A DNA stretch of 62,936 nt, counting the filler, from Thraustochytrium aureum (lineage: Eukaryota): assembly GCA_012862495.1 (NCBI GenBank). It is 4 parts of 3 records of this genome, joined end to end, with 100 filler letters (N's around TTAATTAATTAA, not from the genome) between each part and the next. Parts side by side here need not be neighbours in the genome. Positions count along the whole stretch, not along the records: positions 1 to 31,032 come from BLSG01000103.1; 3 more parts are not named here. The stretch is one strand, 5' to 3'. Below are positions 11,865 to 23,249 of this stretch, piece by piece. Position 1 is the first letter of the stretch. Each line of letters starts with the position of its first letter. The position numbers and the translations under genes are program-made. The notes below the pieces were generated by a model. That model made no database searches. It saw only the letters and a list, made by a program, of their open reading frames with translations, and was not told the origin of the DNA.

Positions 11865-12421
11865 GAAAGAAACAGACGCGTCTGCGCTCGTTCGCGACAG
11901 TAGGTCGTGCGCGGCAGACCTGCATCGCCAACCGCCTGCAACGGCGCGCGAGCCAGGTAGGGAGGTAAGCACCTCCGCTCCCCTGGCGCGCCTCGCAGAG
12001 TCGACTGAATTTCATTAGGTACCGATACCTCCCATCGCTCAGCAGCCACGCGAGAGAAAGAGAAGTACTCGACTCATCTTCATCGTCGTCGGGCGGGTGG
12101 GTGGTTCGAGCCGCACGGAGCCGCGCACTCCGAACTTCCAAAGAGCCCTCGGCGCCCCAGAGCGGCGGTTGGCAGCGTAAGAAGTGCTGTAGGTACCGGA
12201 AAACGTCTGCTCTCACGGCACGCCACCGCTGGAAAGGTCAGCTGCTGCAACAAGAACGCATTGGCACCGACGTCCACTGCGCAAGACATACGCGAATCAC
12301 CAGCCGGACCGCGTCGGCCCCTTCGCGGACAACTCGAGGTCAACGAAGCCAGCAAGGTTGGATGGCAGCGCCGCAGAGACGCAGCAGACCACAATAACGC
12401 AAGCCGAGCCGCCAAGGCCCA

Positions 12422-14009
12422 ATGGGGGCCGTCGTGGCAAAAGCGCGGCGTCGCGGGAGGAGAAGAAGCCCCAAGGACGCGGCCAAGGCCGTGGAGACGA
12501 GCACGCACTGGACGGGCAACAGCAAGCGCAAGGGCCAAGACGCCGCGGCAGCGCCAAAAGGCGCGCTTGGGCAGAAGCAAGCCAGCGGCAAGGTGCTCAG
12601 GTCGCTCAACATGAAGCGAAGCTCCTCCGTTGCGCACTCGGTGCACTCTGCACTGACCAGCTTGAGCGCAGGATCAGACGTTCTCTTCGACGCGACTGAG
12701 GACGACGAGTTTTACGGCGATTCTGAGGACGACGACGCCTCCGAGGAGTGCGAGTTCCGCGAGGCGCTCGAAGCTCTCGAGCCTTGCCTGAGCGCCTGGC
12801 TACGCAAGGTGGACCTCGTCGACTGCGCGCCGGCGCTCGCCGCGGCTGGCGTGCGCACGCTCTCCGCGTTGCGCTCCAGCCCCTGGAACACGGTGTCGTC
12901 GGGCTCGCTGCTCTCACCACAGCGCGCCAAGACGCTCATGCGCGCCGCGCGCCTGGCCCCGCGCGAGGCCTCGGTGGCGGGCTACGTCGAGCTGCTCTCT
13001 GACGCGGCTTGGCTCGAAGAGGCCGGCCTTGGCCTGTGCGTGGTAGAGCCTGCCGCACTTCGCGGGCTTCGAGTCGACGTCCTCGCTGACAGCAAGGACA
13101 AGGCGTACGCGCGGCNNNNNNNNNNNNNNNNNNNNNNNNNNNNNNNNNNNNNNNNNNNNNNNNNNNNNNNNNNNNNNNNNNNNNNNNNNNNNNNNNNNNN
13201 NNNNNNNNNNNNNNNNNNNNNNNNNNNNNNNNNNNNNNNNNNNNNNNNNNNNNNNNNNNNNNNNNNNNNNNNNNNNNNNNNNNNNNNNNNNNNNNNNNNN
13301 NNNNNNNNNNNNNNNNNNNNNNNNNNNNNNNNNNNNNNNNNNNNNNNNNNNNNNNNNNNNNNNNNNNNNNNNNNNNNNNNNNNNNNNNNNNNNNNNNNNN
13401 NNNNNNNNNNNNACCGCTGTGCTGGGGCAGGCCCTGTTTGCCAAGCAGGAGGCCGTGCGCTCCAAAGCCGCCACTGCCATTGCCGCATCCGCGGCGCTCG
13501 CCTCGCTGCAGGCGAGCCACGCCGAAATCTCGATTACCGAGAAGCTAGCCATGCACGCCTGGTCGAAGAGCGCCTTGCGCGTCAAGTGCCTCGGTGGGAG
13601 CGCCGTCACCAAGGTCTTCGTTAGCCTCGGCGACACTGTGTACGTCAACGAGCTCCGCGGCACGGAGGTGTGCGAGGTCGACATTTGCTTGTCGTCCAAG
13701 ATACGCCCCATCGGCCTGCAGCTCGGCGAGCTCGTGTTCGCCTTTTGCGGCACAGGTCGCAGCCTCCCTCAAGGACCCACGCACCACGCGGACGCTGAAA
13801 CGCAGGTGGTCTTTCCGACCAACATTACCGACGACCGCGAGCTCCTGTGGCGCCAGGGCTACGTCGAGGCCGGCAAGTCGCACTTTGTCGACCCCTCCAC
13901 GGGCACGGTCAGTAGCGACCGCACTTCAGCCTCCTCGGCATGCTCTAGCGTTTCGGACCACTGGTCGGAAGTCTTCGCGGCGTCCGCGCTGCGCCGCCTT
14001 TCCATCTGA
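12422..14009 (+). CDS. Hypothetical protein with a SAM-like segment; spans a gap
   Basis: Coding-like ORFs lie on both sides of gap 13116-13412. LSAWLRKVDLVDCAPALAAAGVRTLSAL resembles a SAM-domain start. Confidence 0.5.
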
Positions 14010-15233
14010 CATGAACCCAGGCCGACTTGCTCGGCTCCTGACTGAATGATTGACTTTGAACACAAAAATGCCTTGAACTGACTGCACTCACGTATCCCGC
14101 GCCGCGCTGGCAATGGCACTCGGGGCTTGCCTCGTCCCTGTCTGGCGGTGACAGCTTCGAACGGCCGAGCCCCTGCCCGACCAGACCCATCGCAGTTATT
14201 GTGCAACGCGCGTCGCCGCCGCTGCCCGCAAGCCCTTGCACGCGCACCCACGCATGCGCCTGCGCACGCGTGAATCTGCGTTGGTACGGTACGCCCACGA
14301 ACGCCCGCTGGCCGCTGCCAGCGTGCCATGGACGGTCGGTGGCGACCTGCAAGCGGCCCCTGCAGCTGATCAGGATCACAATCCTGTCGATGATTGATCA
14401 AGATCATGATCATGCCGTGCGCTGCTCCGCTCAAGCCGCTCGGCCACCGAGCGGGGCCGCAAACCAACCAAACCTCCAGGCCCGCCGCCGCCCACCCTGC
14501 GCCACGGCATCTGCTTTAGCGCGGCGCCAGCGCGGCGGCGGCTGTGATGATCGACCTCGACGACCTCCAGGCCGACCACCAGGTCATCAAGAGTCCCGCT
14601 GCGAGGTCCCTCGCACCTGGCGGGCNCGAGCGCGAGTCCCGGCGCGGCTTCGCGGCCTGCCAGGTCCACTCGCGCGTCCGCGGGCGGGGTCGCATCGGCT
14701 AGCGCAGCGCAAGGCGGTCGTGCACGGTGGGCGAGTGCGCGCTTTGCTCGTCGTGCGCGCGCGTGCATGCGTGNNNNNNNNNNNNNNNNNNNNNNNNNNN
14801 NNNNNNNNNNNNNNNNNNNNNNNNNNNNNNNNNNNNNNNNNNNNNNNNNNNNNNNNNNNNNNNNNNNNNNNNNNNNNNNNNNNNNNNNNNNNNNNNNNNN
14901 NNNNNNNNNNNNNNNNNNNNNNNNNNNNNNNNNNNNNNNNNNNNNNNNNNNNNNNNNNNNNNNNNNNNNNNNNNNNNNNNNNNNNNNNNNNNNNNNNNNN
15001 NNNNNNNNNNNNNNNNNNNNNNNNNNNNNNNNNNNNNNNNNNNNNNNNNNNNNNNNNNNNNNNNNNNNNNNNNNNNNNNNNNNNNNNNNNNNNNNNNNNN
15101 NNNNNNNNNNNNNNNNNNNNNNNNNNNNNNNNNNNNNNNNNNNNNNNNNNNNNNNNNNNNNNNNNNNNNNNNNNNNNNNNNNNNNNNNNNNNNNNNNNNN
15201 NNNNNNNNNNNNNNNNNNNNNNNNNNNNNNNNN

Positions 15234-16999
15234 ACGAGGAGGAGGAGGAGGAGGAGGCGGACGCGCCTGGGACGCCTCCGCAGCAGGAAGCGGCAAGCTG
15301 CAGAAGTGGCGCGTGTCGTCGCTTCCGCGCAAGCGTCAACCCGCGAGGACGACTCGGAGACAATACAGGCCAACGCGAGCGCCACGGAGGCGGAAGGTCC
15401 TCCGACTTCGCCCAAGCGACCACTTCGGGCAGGCGCCTCTGCAGTGGAACTCGACGGCTCCGCACAGTCGCACGATGACGACGACCCTGAAAGCGCAGGG
15501 GATCGCTCCAGTAGCATCTGCGTCGTTGAGCGCAGCACGAGCAGCGCCAAGGTCGCTGACGTCGGCTCCGCGGAGGAGCGCGACGACAGGGACTCTAGCC
15601 GCACAAGGGACCCAGAGCTGGAGGCTGCAACGGGTTGCGGCTGCTTCGGCAGGCTCATCGGCGCCCTGCGGTGCTCTAGCGCGCGGCGCCGGCGAAAGGC
15701 GCAACTCGTGCGCCTCACCAGGTTGCAACTCAAGGTCGACCGAGCCGCCAAGCGCGCTTCGGAGCCAACCAAACTGCGCCGCAGCAAGAGCCGGCACCTG
15801 GCGCGCAACAGCACGAGCGGGGCCGACAAGTCGTGGCTCTGGGAGAGAAGCGAAAACCTCAAAGCCCTGCGCTCGCCCGCCTGGAACCAAGGCCTGCTAT
15901 ACCTGACCAGAAACGACGTTGAGCAGGTCCAACAGGTGGCCTCCCTCAACGACTTTCAGCGCGCGCTCGTGGTTTGGCGCAACCGGTCCGGGGAGACCAT
16001 TCTCCACGTCCTTTGCCGCGGCAACGCGCACGGTGCGCTCGCCGCCGTGCTCGACCCGCTCCCAACAGCTGCGAAACTACTGCTCATAAACCGCGCCACG
16101 GAGCGAGAGCGCGGCTTGCTTCCCTTGCACGTCGCGTGCGCAAAGGGGAGCGCCGATTGCGTCAGGATCCTCCTTGCAACGGCGCGGTCGTGCGCGGCGC
16201 ACACGACCGGTACGGCCTCACGCCGCTGCACCGCGCAGCAATTACCTGCACCGCCTCTGCGTGCTGCGACCAGCTCTTGCGCGCGGGGGCCTCGCTCTTC
16301 GTGCTGGACAACGCGGGCTACTCGGCGTTTCACAAGGCTTGCTTTCACGGCAACACCGAGTCGCTCGAGGTGATGATTGAGCACGTACGCGCAAACGGGC
16401 TGGAGCAGGAGCTTGCCAACCTCGACAAGGTTGGCGTCAACGCCAAACCAGCTCTCAACCTCGTCGCCACGTACGTCACGCGCAGCCCTGCGCGCACGAT
16501 CGACGTCCTCGTGGATTGCAACTTGGGGTTTGGCCTGTTTCGCCTCGACGCGCGCTCGTCTCGCGGCATTGCGCCGCTTCACGAAGCGGCGATCATTGGA
16601 AATGTGCCCGCGGCAGCGGCTCTTCTGCTCCGCGGCGCCGACGTGAATCTCGCCGACCACGAAGGCGCGACGCCGCTCCACCTCGCTGTGGGCTCCAACC
16701 AGCCCGCGCTGTGCGGGCTGTTCTTGGCGCAGCCGCTCGTCCAACTCGACAAGCTCGACGGGGCAGGGTCCTCAGCGCGCGAGTTGGCCACGCAGCAGAA
16801 TCGTTTTGAGGTTCTTGAAGTGTTTGACGACCCGGAGATCGCGATGCGCCGCGAGGCCGCTCGCGAGTTGCTGGCGCAAGAGTCGCAGGGCAGCATGGGC
16901 TCCGAGGACTTGGCAGCTGGCGCGAGGGGCGTCAGTGGCAAAAAGGCCTTTGCGGGCCTCGAGTCGTTTCTGTCGCGCTCGTACATGCGGCTGGTCTAG
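15234..16999 (+). CDS. Ankyrin-repeat protein; 5' in gap, one frameshift near 16178
   Basis: Ankyrin motifs GETILHVLC, GLLPLHVAC, GLTPLHRAA, GYSAFHKAC, GIAPLHEAA and GATPLHLAV. Adding one A at gcaac (~16178) joins the two ORFs (LLANGAVV). Confidence 0.85.
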
Positions 17000-17180
17000 C
17001 TCTAGCTCTAGCTAGTAGAGAGAGAGAGCTATTCAGGGGCTCCTAGCTAGCTAGAGTAGTGAGGGGCTGGGTCCGAATTCTTTCGTGCGGGGCGCGGGCA
17101 CGGGGGCGGCGGTTTGTGATGGCGGTGGCACTGTACAAACGATCGAGTTTCTTTTACTGTCGAGAGCAGGCTTCTCGCAA

Positions 17181-17693
17181 TCAGCTGGGCGCAGCGTTGC
17201 GCCCGAAAGTATTGAGTAGGTGCTCTTTGATGGCCGCGACCGGGTTCTCCTTGATGGCAGGGTGCGCGAGGACCTGCTTGAACAGGGCCACCTCGGCCAC
17301 CTCGACCTTCTTGCGCTTCTTGTTGCTCATCTTTCGTTTCGGCTTGGCCCCGCTGCCCGCGGCCTCGTCGCTCTTGCTCTTCTCGGTCGGCTCCTGCGCC
17401 GCCAGCTCGGCTTGGTATGCGAGCAGCGCCTCGGCGAGGTTGTCCACGGACGCGAGCGCCGGGCCGACCTGTCTCGCGAGCTGGCGCTTCTTCTCCTGGC
17501 GCTCTGTCTGGTGCAGCTTACCGAGAAACTCTTGTCTGCGGGCGTCGCGCCGCTCCTTCACGCTCAGCTTCGCCGCTGCCGCCCCGCTCTGCGGCTTGGT
17601 CGCGCCACTTTTCGCGGAGCCATGGACCAGGAGATCGCCAGCCCCGCGCCTTTCCAGGCGCTTTCGCGCCGCGCGCGAGGTGGTCTTGGGCAT
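17181..17693 (-). CDS. SLX9: Ribosome biogenesis protein SLX9/FAM207A homolog
   Basis: Basic 170-aa protein ending in FKQVLAHPAIKENPVAAIKEHLLNT, which is the Slx9 C-terminal signature. Confidence 0.75.
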   Translation of the reverse strand: MPKTTSRAARKRLERRGAGDLLVHGSAKSGATKPQSGAAAAKLSVKERRDARRQEFLGKLHQTERQEKKRQLARQVGPALASVDNLAEALLAYQAELAAQEPTEKSKSDEAAGSGAKPKRKMSNKKRKKVEVAEVALFKQVLAHPAIKENPVAAIKEHLLNTFGRNAAPS

Positions 17694-18183
17694 CCTCGCT
17701 GCACGGGCAGGGCTTGCCGGCTTCCTGCTGTGCTAGCCTCGAGCTGCACTGTCTGGGGCCTTGCGTGCGCGCGCGCGAGTCCACTTTCGAAAGGCCTTTG
17801 GAAGGCTGCTCGCCACACGTTTGCAAATCGACTTGGGAGGATGCATTACACTCGCACTTGCGCGCCTTGCTCCGTGCGGCTGCCGATCCGGCCAGGCATG
17901 CAGCCGCGGTCGCCGCCCTGCGCGTTGCGTGGACGAGGCTGCGGCCGCAGCTGCAGCGGTCGCGGAGGGGCGCTTTTTGTTGTTGGCGTCGGCGGTGAAC
18001 AGGGTGGAAAATCGGAAGAAGGCTTGCTTGCCTGCTCACGTCGTTGTGCCCCTGCTCGAGCGCGCGGTCCGTCAATACCAGCAGGTAGAGTACCAAGCAA
18101 ACACAAGCAAGCAGGCGCAAGCAGTGAATCCTCGCTCGATCCCTCGCTCTATTTCTTGTAAACACATCTATCTCTAGCTAGCT

Positions 18184-18855
18184 CTAGCGGCACAGGACGT
18201 CGGCCCAGAAACAGGCGCTTGGCGCGTCAAGGAGCTGGATCTTGGTGCCCTGCTTTGGCATTCGGCGCACTAGGCAGCCGCTTTCCTGCACGAAAGCGAA
18301 GGAGCGCGCAGTCTCCTCAATAACAGTGCCTTGGAGGGACGTGCGCAACGCCCGGCAACGCCTCCCGGAGGCGAACACGATCCTAACGCGCGATCCTGTC
18401 AAGCGCAGCGAATTGAGCCGCTTCGCTTGCGAGAGCAGCATCTTGCCCATCTCTAGAGTCTCGCGCGGGGCGGTCGCCGGCTGCGCACCCTCTCCAAACG
18501 CCGCGATGAACGACGCCTCCCTTTCCAGCCAGGCCTTCCGCAAGGCAGCGAGGTCCTCCTTCCCCGCGCATATCCTGCTCTTTTCCAAAATCTCTTTCTG
18601 CAGCTTGCGCGGCAGCCTCTGCCGCTTGAGCGCAGCTTCAGCCCGCCTCTCCTTCCTAGCCTTCGCCTTCTCCAAGCTGGTCAGGAGCGGCGGCGCCTCG
18701 AGCACAACGACCCTGTTCTTGATCTCGCCGAGAGCAATCTGAACATCCCTGCTCTTCCGCACAGTGCGCTGCAGGACACGCTCCACCTTGGCAGAAGCCC
18801 CATCCCCACCGCCACGACCAGGGCCGCTCCTGCGACCTCCACCAACGTCCTCCAT
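18184..18855 (-). CDS. POP4: RNase P/MRP subunit POP4/Rpp29
   Basis: ATG at 18855. The C-terminal LTGSRVRIV...LQGTVIEETARSF...MPKQGTKIQL matches the Rpp29 Sm-like barrel (L.GA.I.V...G.V..ET..F..IPK.G). Confidence 0.75.
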   Translation of the reverse strand: MEDVGGGRRSGPGRGGGDGASAKVERVLQRTVRKSRDVQIALGEIKNRVVVLEAPPLLTSLEKAKARKERRAEAALKRQRLPRKLQKEILEKSRICAGKEDLAALRKAWLEREASFIAAFGEGAQPATAPRETLEMGKMLLSQAKRLNSLRLTGSRVRIVFASGRRCRALRTSLQGTVIEETARSFAFVQESGCLVRRMPKQGTKIQLLDAPSACFWADVLCR

Positions 18856-19442
18856 CCTCGTGTCCCTGTCAGCGCGCCAAGCGCGCCGCGCCCCACCGCG
18901 GCCTCGCCAGTACGCTGCAAGCAAGCAAGCACGCAAGCAAGCAAGCACGCACGCAAGCAAGCACGCACGCACNNNNNNNNNNNNNNNNNNNNNNNNNNNN
19001 NNNNNNNNNNNNNNNNNNNNNNNNNNNNNNNNNNNNNNNNNNNNNNNNNNNNNNNNNNNNNNNNNNNNNNNNNNNNNNNNNNNNNNNNNNNNNNNNNNNN
19101 NNNNNNNNNNNNNNNNNNNNNNNNNNNNNNNNNNNNNNNNNNNNNNNNNNNNNNNNNNNNNNNNNNNNNNNNNNNNNNNNNNNNNNNNNNNNNNNNNNNN
19201 NNNNNNNNNNNNNNNNNNNNNNNNNNNNNNNNNNNNNNNNNNNNNNNNNNNNNNNNNNNNNNNNNNNNNNNNNNNNNNNNNNNNNNNNNNNNNNNNNNNN
19301 NNNNNNNNNNNNNNNNNNNNNNNNNNNNNNNNNNNNNNNNNNNNNNNNNNNNNNNNNNNNNNNNNNNNNNNNNNNNNNNNNNNNNNNNNNNNNNNNNNNN
19401 NNNNNNNNNNNNNNNNNNNNNNNNNNNNNNNNNNNNNNNNNN

Positions 19443-19961
19443 CGCGAGCGGTTCGCCGCAGAGCTGGACCAGGCGAGTAGTGGCGCGCCAGGACCAGAGG
19501 CCGTGCAAGACGTCCAGGCCGCCCTGCAGACGATGATGCACGGGTCTGCGACGGAGGCGGTCCCGAAAAGCTTTGGCGACGGCGCGGCTGCGTCGGCAAA
19601 CTTTGAGCTGAGCAAGGAGCAGATGAAGGACGTGCTGCTCCGCCTTGTGCAGACCGACAAGTTTGTCGACATCCTGCATGCTACCTACTTGAAGTCAGTG
19701 CGAAGCAAGGCTGGCGACGGGGCCGCGCAAGCCCCGCAGGCCCCGCAGCCCATGGCTATGCCTCATCACGCAAGCGCAAATCACCACCATCCCCACCACT
19801 TTGCCCCTCCACAAATGCATGTCCCGCAGGGGTATGGGGGCGGATCCGCGTATCCGCCGTACTACGTACCACCTCGGCCCCCTCAGAACATCTTTCATGG
19901 CGTGGGGTTGCCGCCGCAGCCCGCAGGCGGGCACCAGGTTCAGCGGCCGCCTCAGTCGTAG
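19443..19961 (+). CDS. DCP1: mRNA decapping cofactor DCP1, C-terminal part (EVH1 domain presumably in gap)
   Basis: LSKEQMKDVLLRLVQTDKFVDILHATYLK resembles the DCP1 trimerisation domain. The ~470-nt upstream gap could hold an EVH1 domain. Confidence 0.6.
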   Translation, partial: RERFAAELDQASSGAPGPEAVQDVQAALQTMMHGSATEAVPKSFGDGAAASANFELSKEQMKDVLLRLVQTDKFVDILHATYLKSVRSKAGDGAAQAPQAPQPMAMPHHASANHHHPHHFAPPQMHVPQGYGGGSAYPPYYVPPRPPQNIFHGVGLPPQPAGGHQVQRPPQS

Positions 19962-20181
19962 GAGCGACGGCCGGCCAGCGAGAGAGAGCGATGCGAACGA
20001 GAGGTCGTGGCGCACGCTCAACGCTGGCCGAGCGGCAGGAATCTGGTGGGCGGGGGTTCTGCGCGGCGAAGCCTTGGTTGCCTCCGCATCGGACTGGCTC
20101 AGCAGCACCTGGTAGATGGCAGGCACCGGGGAGTCGAAACTTCATCAAAAAAACTCTCAAAATTTCTGTAAAATGACGCGC

Positions 20182-21591
20182 TCAGGTTATCAACAGCCCC
20201 TGCCGGTAGATGCAAGAGAACATAACAAACACGAGCAGCGGCACGCCCCCAATGATCACGCCAAAGAAAGCCCAAAACCACGTGCCGGCCTCTTGCACGC
20301 CCGAGTCAAGGTTCATCCCAAACAGCCCCGCCACCAAAGCCCCCAAGCGCCGCCGCCGAGGTCACACTCGCCACAAGCAGCTCGACCCCCAGCAGCTTAT
20401 TGCGCGCCGTATCGAGTCGAAGTGCGATCGTAGACATCGCAGAGTCGATCTCGGTCACGAGGGCCTCCACGCGCGACAGGGTGCCGTCAATCGCTTGGGC
20501 ATAGTTCTCCAGCAACAGCTCGACGTCCTCGTGGTCAAGCGCCCAGGTCTCGGACATCCGCTCGTCGTAGAAATCCGGGAAAGCGAAAAGCCGATCGAGC
20601 CGCATCAGGGCCATGTCCCGGTCGTTCTGCAGGAGCTCCTCAAAGGCGCGCTGCACGCCCGTGAGCCGCGCATTCATCTTGGCCACGCTCTGCCGCGCCT
20701 GCCGCAGCCGCTCGATCGTGACGCCGCTCGAGGTCTGCACGATCTCCCCGACCGTCTTGTGCACGCGGGGCTGGAGCTGCTTGACATCGTCGTTCAGAGC
20801 CGCACAAATCGTCACGAAAATGGCCTCTAGCGATCGGATCACGAAGGGCACGTCCAGCTTGTCGTAGTCGGTGTTGTCCGCATCGTTCACCTCTCTCAGC
20901 CGCAGGATCAACGTAGACAACAGCGAGTCGGCGCCGTCGGGCACGAACACCAACATGCGCCGATGCAGCAGCAGCGCCTTGATTGGCGCCAAGTTAACCA
21001 GGATGGCGTGCCTGCGGACGAGGATGGCGGGGTCCCGCGAGTGCGCGAACGTCGGGTCGAGGAGCCGGACGTCACGATGCTGCAGCGTCCCTTTGAAGCG
21101 CACGCGGACCTCCAGGTTGTCCTCGCTCATCTGGCTCGCCAGCGCCGGCGGCATCCGCGACTTGAGCTTCTCGACCTCCTCGCGCTTCGCGACGAGCCGC
21201 GAGTCCTTGATCGGGTCGATCGGCGGCACGGCGGCATGCGCCTCTCGCAACACATCGTCGCGGCGCAGCTCGAGGAATTCGACGTACCGTCCGGCGAGAA
21301 GGCCATCGCCAGCATAGGCTGCTGCTTGTGCACAAATCGCTGTTTGGTCGACTTGGTCGAAAGCACGCCGCTGGAGCTGGTGATGTCCAGGCCGATCGAC
21401 GAGAGCTGGTCGCGGAGCAAGGTCTCCTGCCGCTGCACCCTCGGCGACCACCGCTCTGACCCGGTGCTCGTGCCGCGGCGCTCCCTGGACTCGACCAGCT
21501 CGAGCTCGACCTGGTCGCTCACCTCTTCCGCTTCTGCATCTCCTCTGGGCGCCTCGCCTTCGGCCGCGTCCTTGCCGAGGTCGTAATCCAT
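20182..21591 (-). CDS. Mrs2/CorA-family magnesium transporter; two apparent homopolymer frameshifts
   Basis: Motifs HRDVRLLDP, ILVRRHAILVNL, PF..RSLEAI, DVELLLENY and LDTARNKLL. Removing one G at ~20342 restores TM1-GLFGMNL-TM2 and a TGA at 20182. Adding one G at ~21284 links the N-terminus starting at ATG 21591. Confidence 0.9.
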
Positions 21592-22136
21592 GATGGCCGC
21601 CTCCCTTGCTCGCCAATTTCGCCATCGACTTCCATGACGAGAACCAGCAACCGGCCTGTCCAATCCACGTCGGGCCCGCGCGGTCTCTTCCTCCGTTGCG
21701 CGCCGTCTGCGGGGCTCTGCCGGGTGGATCAGCCGTGGCGTGGCGGCAACTTCAGCGCCAATCCTCGCCGCTTCGCCGCTTCGCCGCCTGGCCGCTTCGC
21801 CGCCTGGCCGCAGCGGCGCACGGCTCTGGGGCCGCGCAGCGCTACCCGCCCGGTGCTGTCGCCGGCGCCGCTGCCGCTCCTGAAGCCGCGAGGGATCGGT
21901 CTGCGGCGTGGGATGGATGGGATCCCGTTCTGGTCGGGATCCACGGCGCCGAAATGTCGCGTCAGTCCCCACTGATTGACGCCGCGCACGCACGCACGCA
22001 CGGGCGCACGCACGCACGGGCGCACGCACGCACGGGCGCACGCACGCACGGGCGCGGCGCCGCGCGTAAGGCTCGTGCTTTCCCCCTCGCGGCTTGCTGG
22101 CTGGAAGCGCGGCAAGGGGCCGCGGCGGAGGGCGCG

Positions 22137-23249
22137 ATGGGGGCGGATGGCGGCTATTGCGGTCCCGCAGACGACTCGTCGCGCGTGCTCGTTGGCGATC
22201 GCCGGGCTGCAAGCGCGCCGGACTACTCGGAGCTCGTGTGGATCGTGTCGTGCAGGTCGGCGCGCACGCTGGATGAGTTTTCGAAACGGGTGCTCATGTT
22301 CCAGCCGGACCTCCGCGCGTTTTGCCCCCGAGGCAAGCACTGCCCTTACAAGGACGATGAGGAGCACCAGGCGCTGTATCTGCACGAGCGGAGGCCCAAA
22401 GACCGGTCGGAGACGGTAGTCCTGGGCGGCGGCAGTGGCGAGAATGGCGGCGCAGGCCCGAGCGCGAGGATCCCGCATGTGCACAAGGCGTACGTCATCG
22501 AGCGCCCGCCACGAGCTGGCGAGCCGCCCGCCCTCCTCGATGGCGTGCCACGCGGCTCGACGGTAGTTTTGTTTGTGCACGGGTTCTCAGAGAGCTTCCC
22601 GCGCATCATCGCTTATCTCAACCATCTCGGCAGCGACGAGCTGTTCAGGTCGATGCGGCTCGCACGCCCTGTGTGCCGCCTCGGGTTTGTTTGGCCCTCC
22701 CAGAGCGTGTCATACTTTAGGGCGCGGTTCTTTGCTGAGAAGGCCTCGCGAATGCTGCGCTGGACGCTCCGCATGCTCACGGACCACGGCAACCGCGTCG
22801 TGCTCGTGGCGCACTCGATGGGATGCCGCGTCGCGCTGCACGCTCTTCTTGATGACGGCGGCCGCGAGGTGACGACAGTGGAGCACTTGTTTCTGATTGG
22901 CGCAGGCGTGGCCTCTGATGTGCTCAACACCGGGCAACAGTTTGCTGCAGAGCGCCTGAGCGCGCGCCGGGTCACGGTGATGTTTTCGCGCCGTGACACG
23001 TTGCTGAGGACCAACTTTCCCATGGCAGAGCTGCTCCCTGGTCTGTGGAACTTTCGTCCGATCGAGGCCACCAAAGCCCTGGGGTCGTCTGGTTGCGCGG
23101 CAGGCCGCCGCGACCCCAAGGTGGATCAGGTCGACTGCTCGGGCGAGGTGAGCGGGCACTCGACCCATTTTTACCTCAGCAGCGAGTCAGCGCTCTCCGC
23201 GCTTCGAGCGGCGGTGGTGGCCTCGTCGGGCCTCAGCGCGGCGCTTTGA
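22137..23249 (+). CDS. Alpha/beta hydrolase (DUF900-like) with an N-terminal PBZ-like C2H2 finger
   Basis: Hydrolase motifs VLFVHGF, GFVWPS, VAHSMG (nucleophile elbow), S..D.LL, ALG..G and GHS..Y. Upstream finger CPRGKHCPYKDDEEHQALYLH. Confidence 0.75.
   Translation: MGADGGYCGPADDSSRVLVGDRRAASAPDYSELVWIVSCRSARTLDEFSKRVLMFQPDLRAFCPRGKHCPYKDDEEHQALYLHERRPKDRSETVVLGGGSGENGGAGPSARIPHVHKAYVIERPPRAGEPPALLDGVPRGSTVVLFVHGFSESFPRIIAYLNHLGSDELFRSMRLARPVCRLGFVWPSQSVSYFRARFFAEKASRMLRWTLRMLTDHGNRVVLVAHSMGCRVALHALLDDGGREVTTVEHLFLIGAGVASDVLNTGQQFAAERLSARRVTVMFSRRDTLLRTNFPMAELLPGLWNFRPIEATKALGSSGCAAGRRDPKVDQVDCSGEVSGHSTHFYLSSESALSALRAAVVASSGLSAAL

Noticed and set aside
9643..12400. Many short ORFs and an (AAAGAAAGAAAC)n tract in a 2.8-kb interval
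   Set aside because: No recognisable domain or consistent frame; probably regulatory, UTR or intronic.
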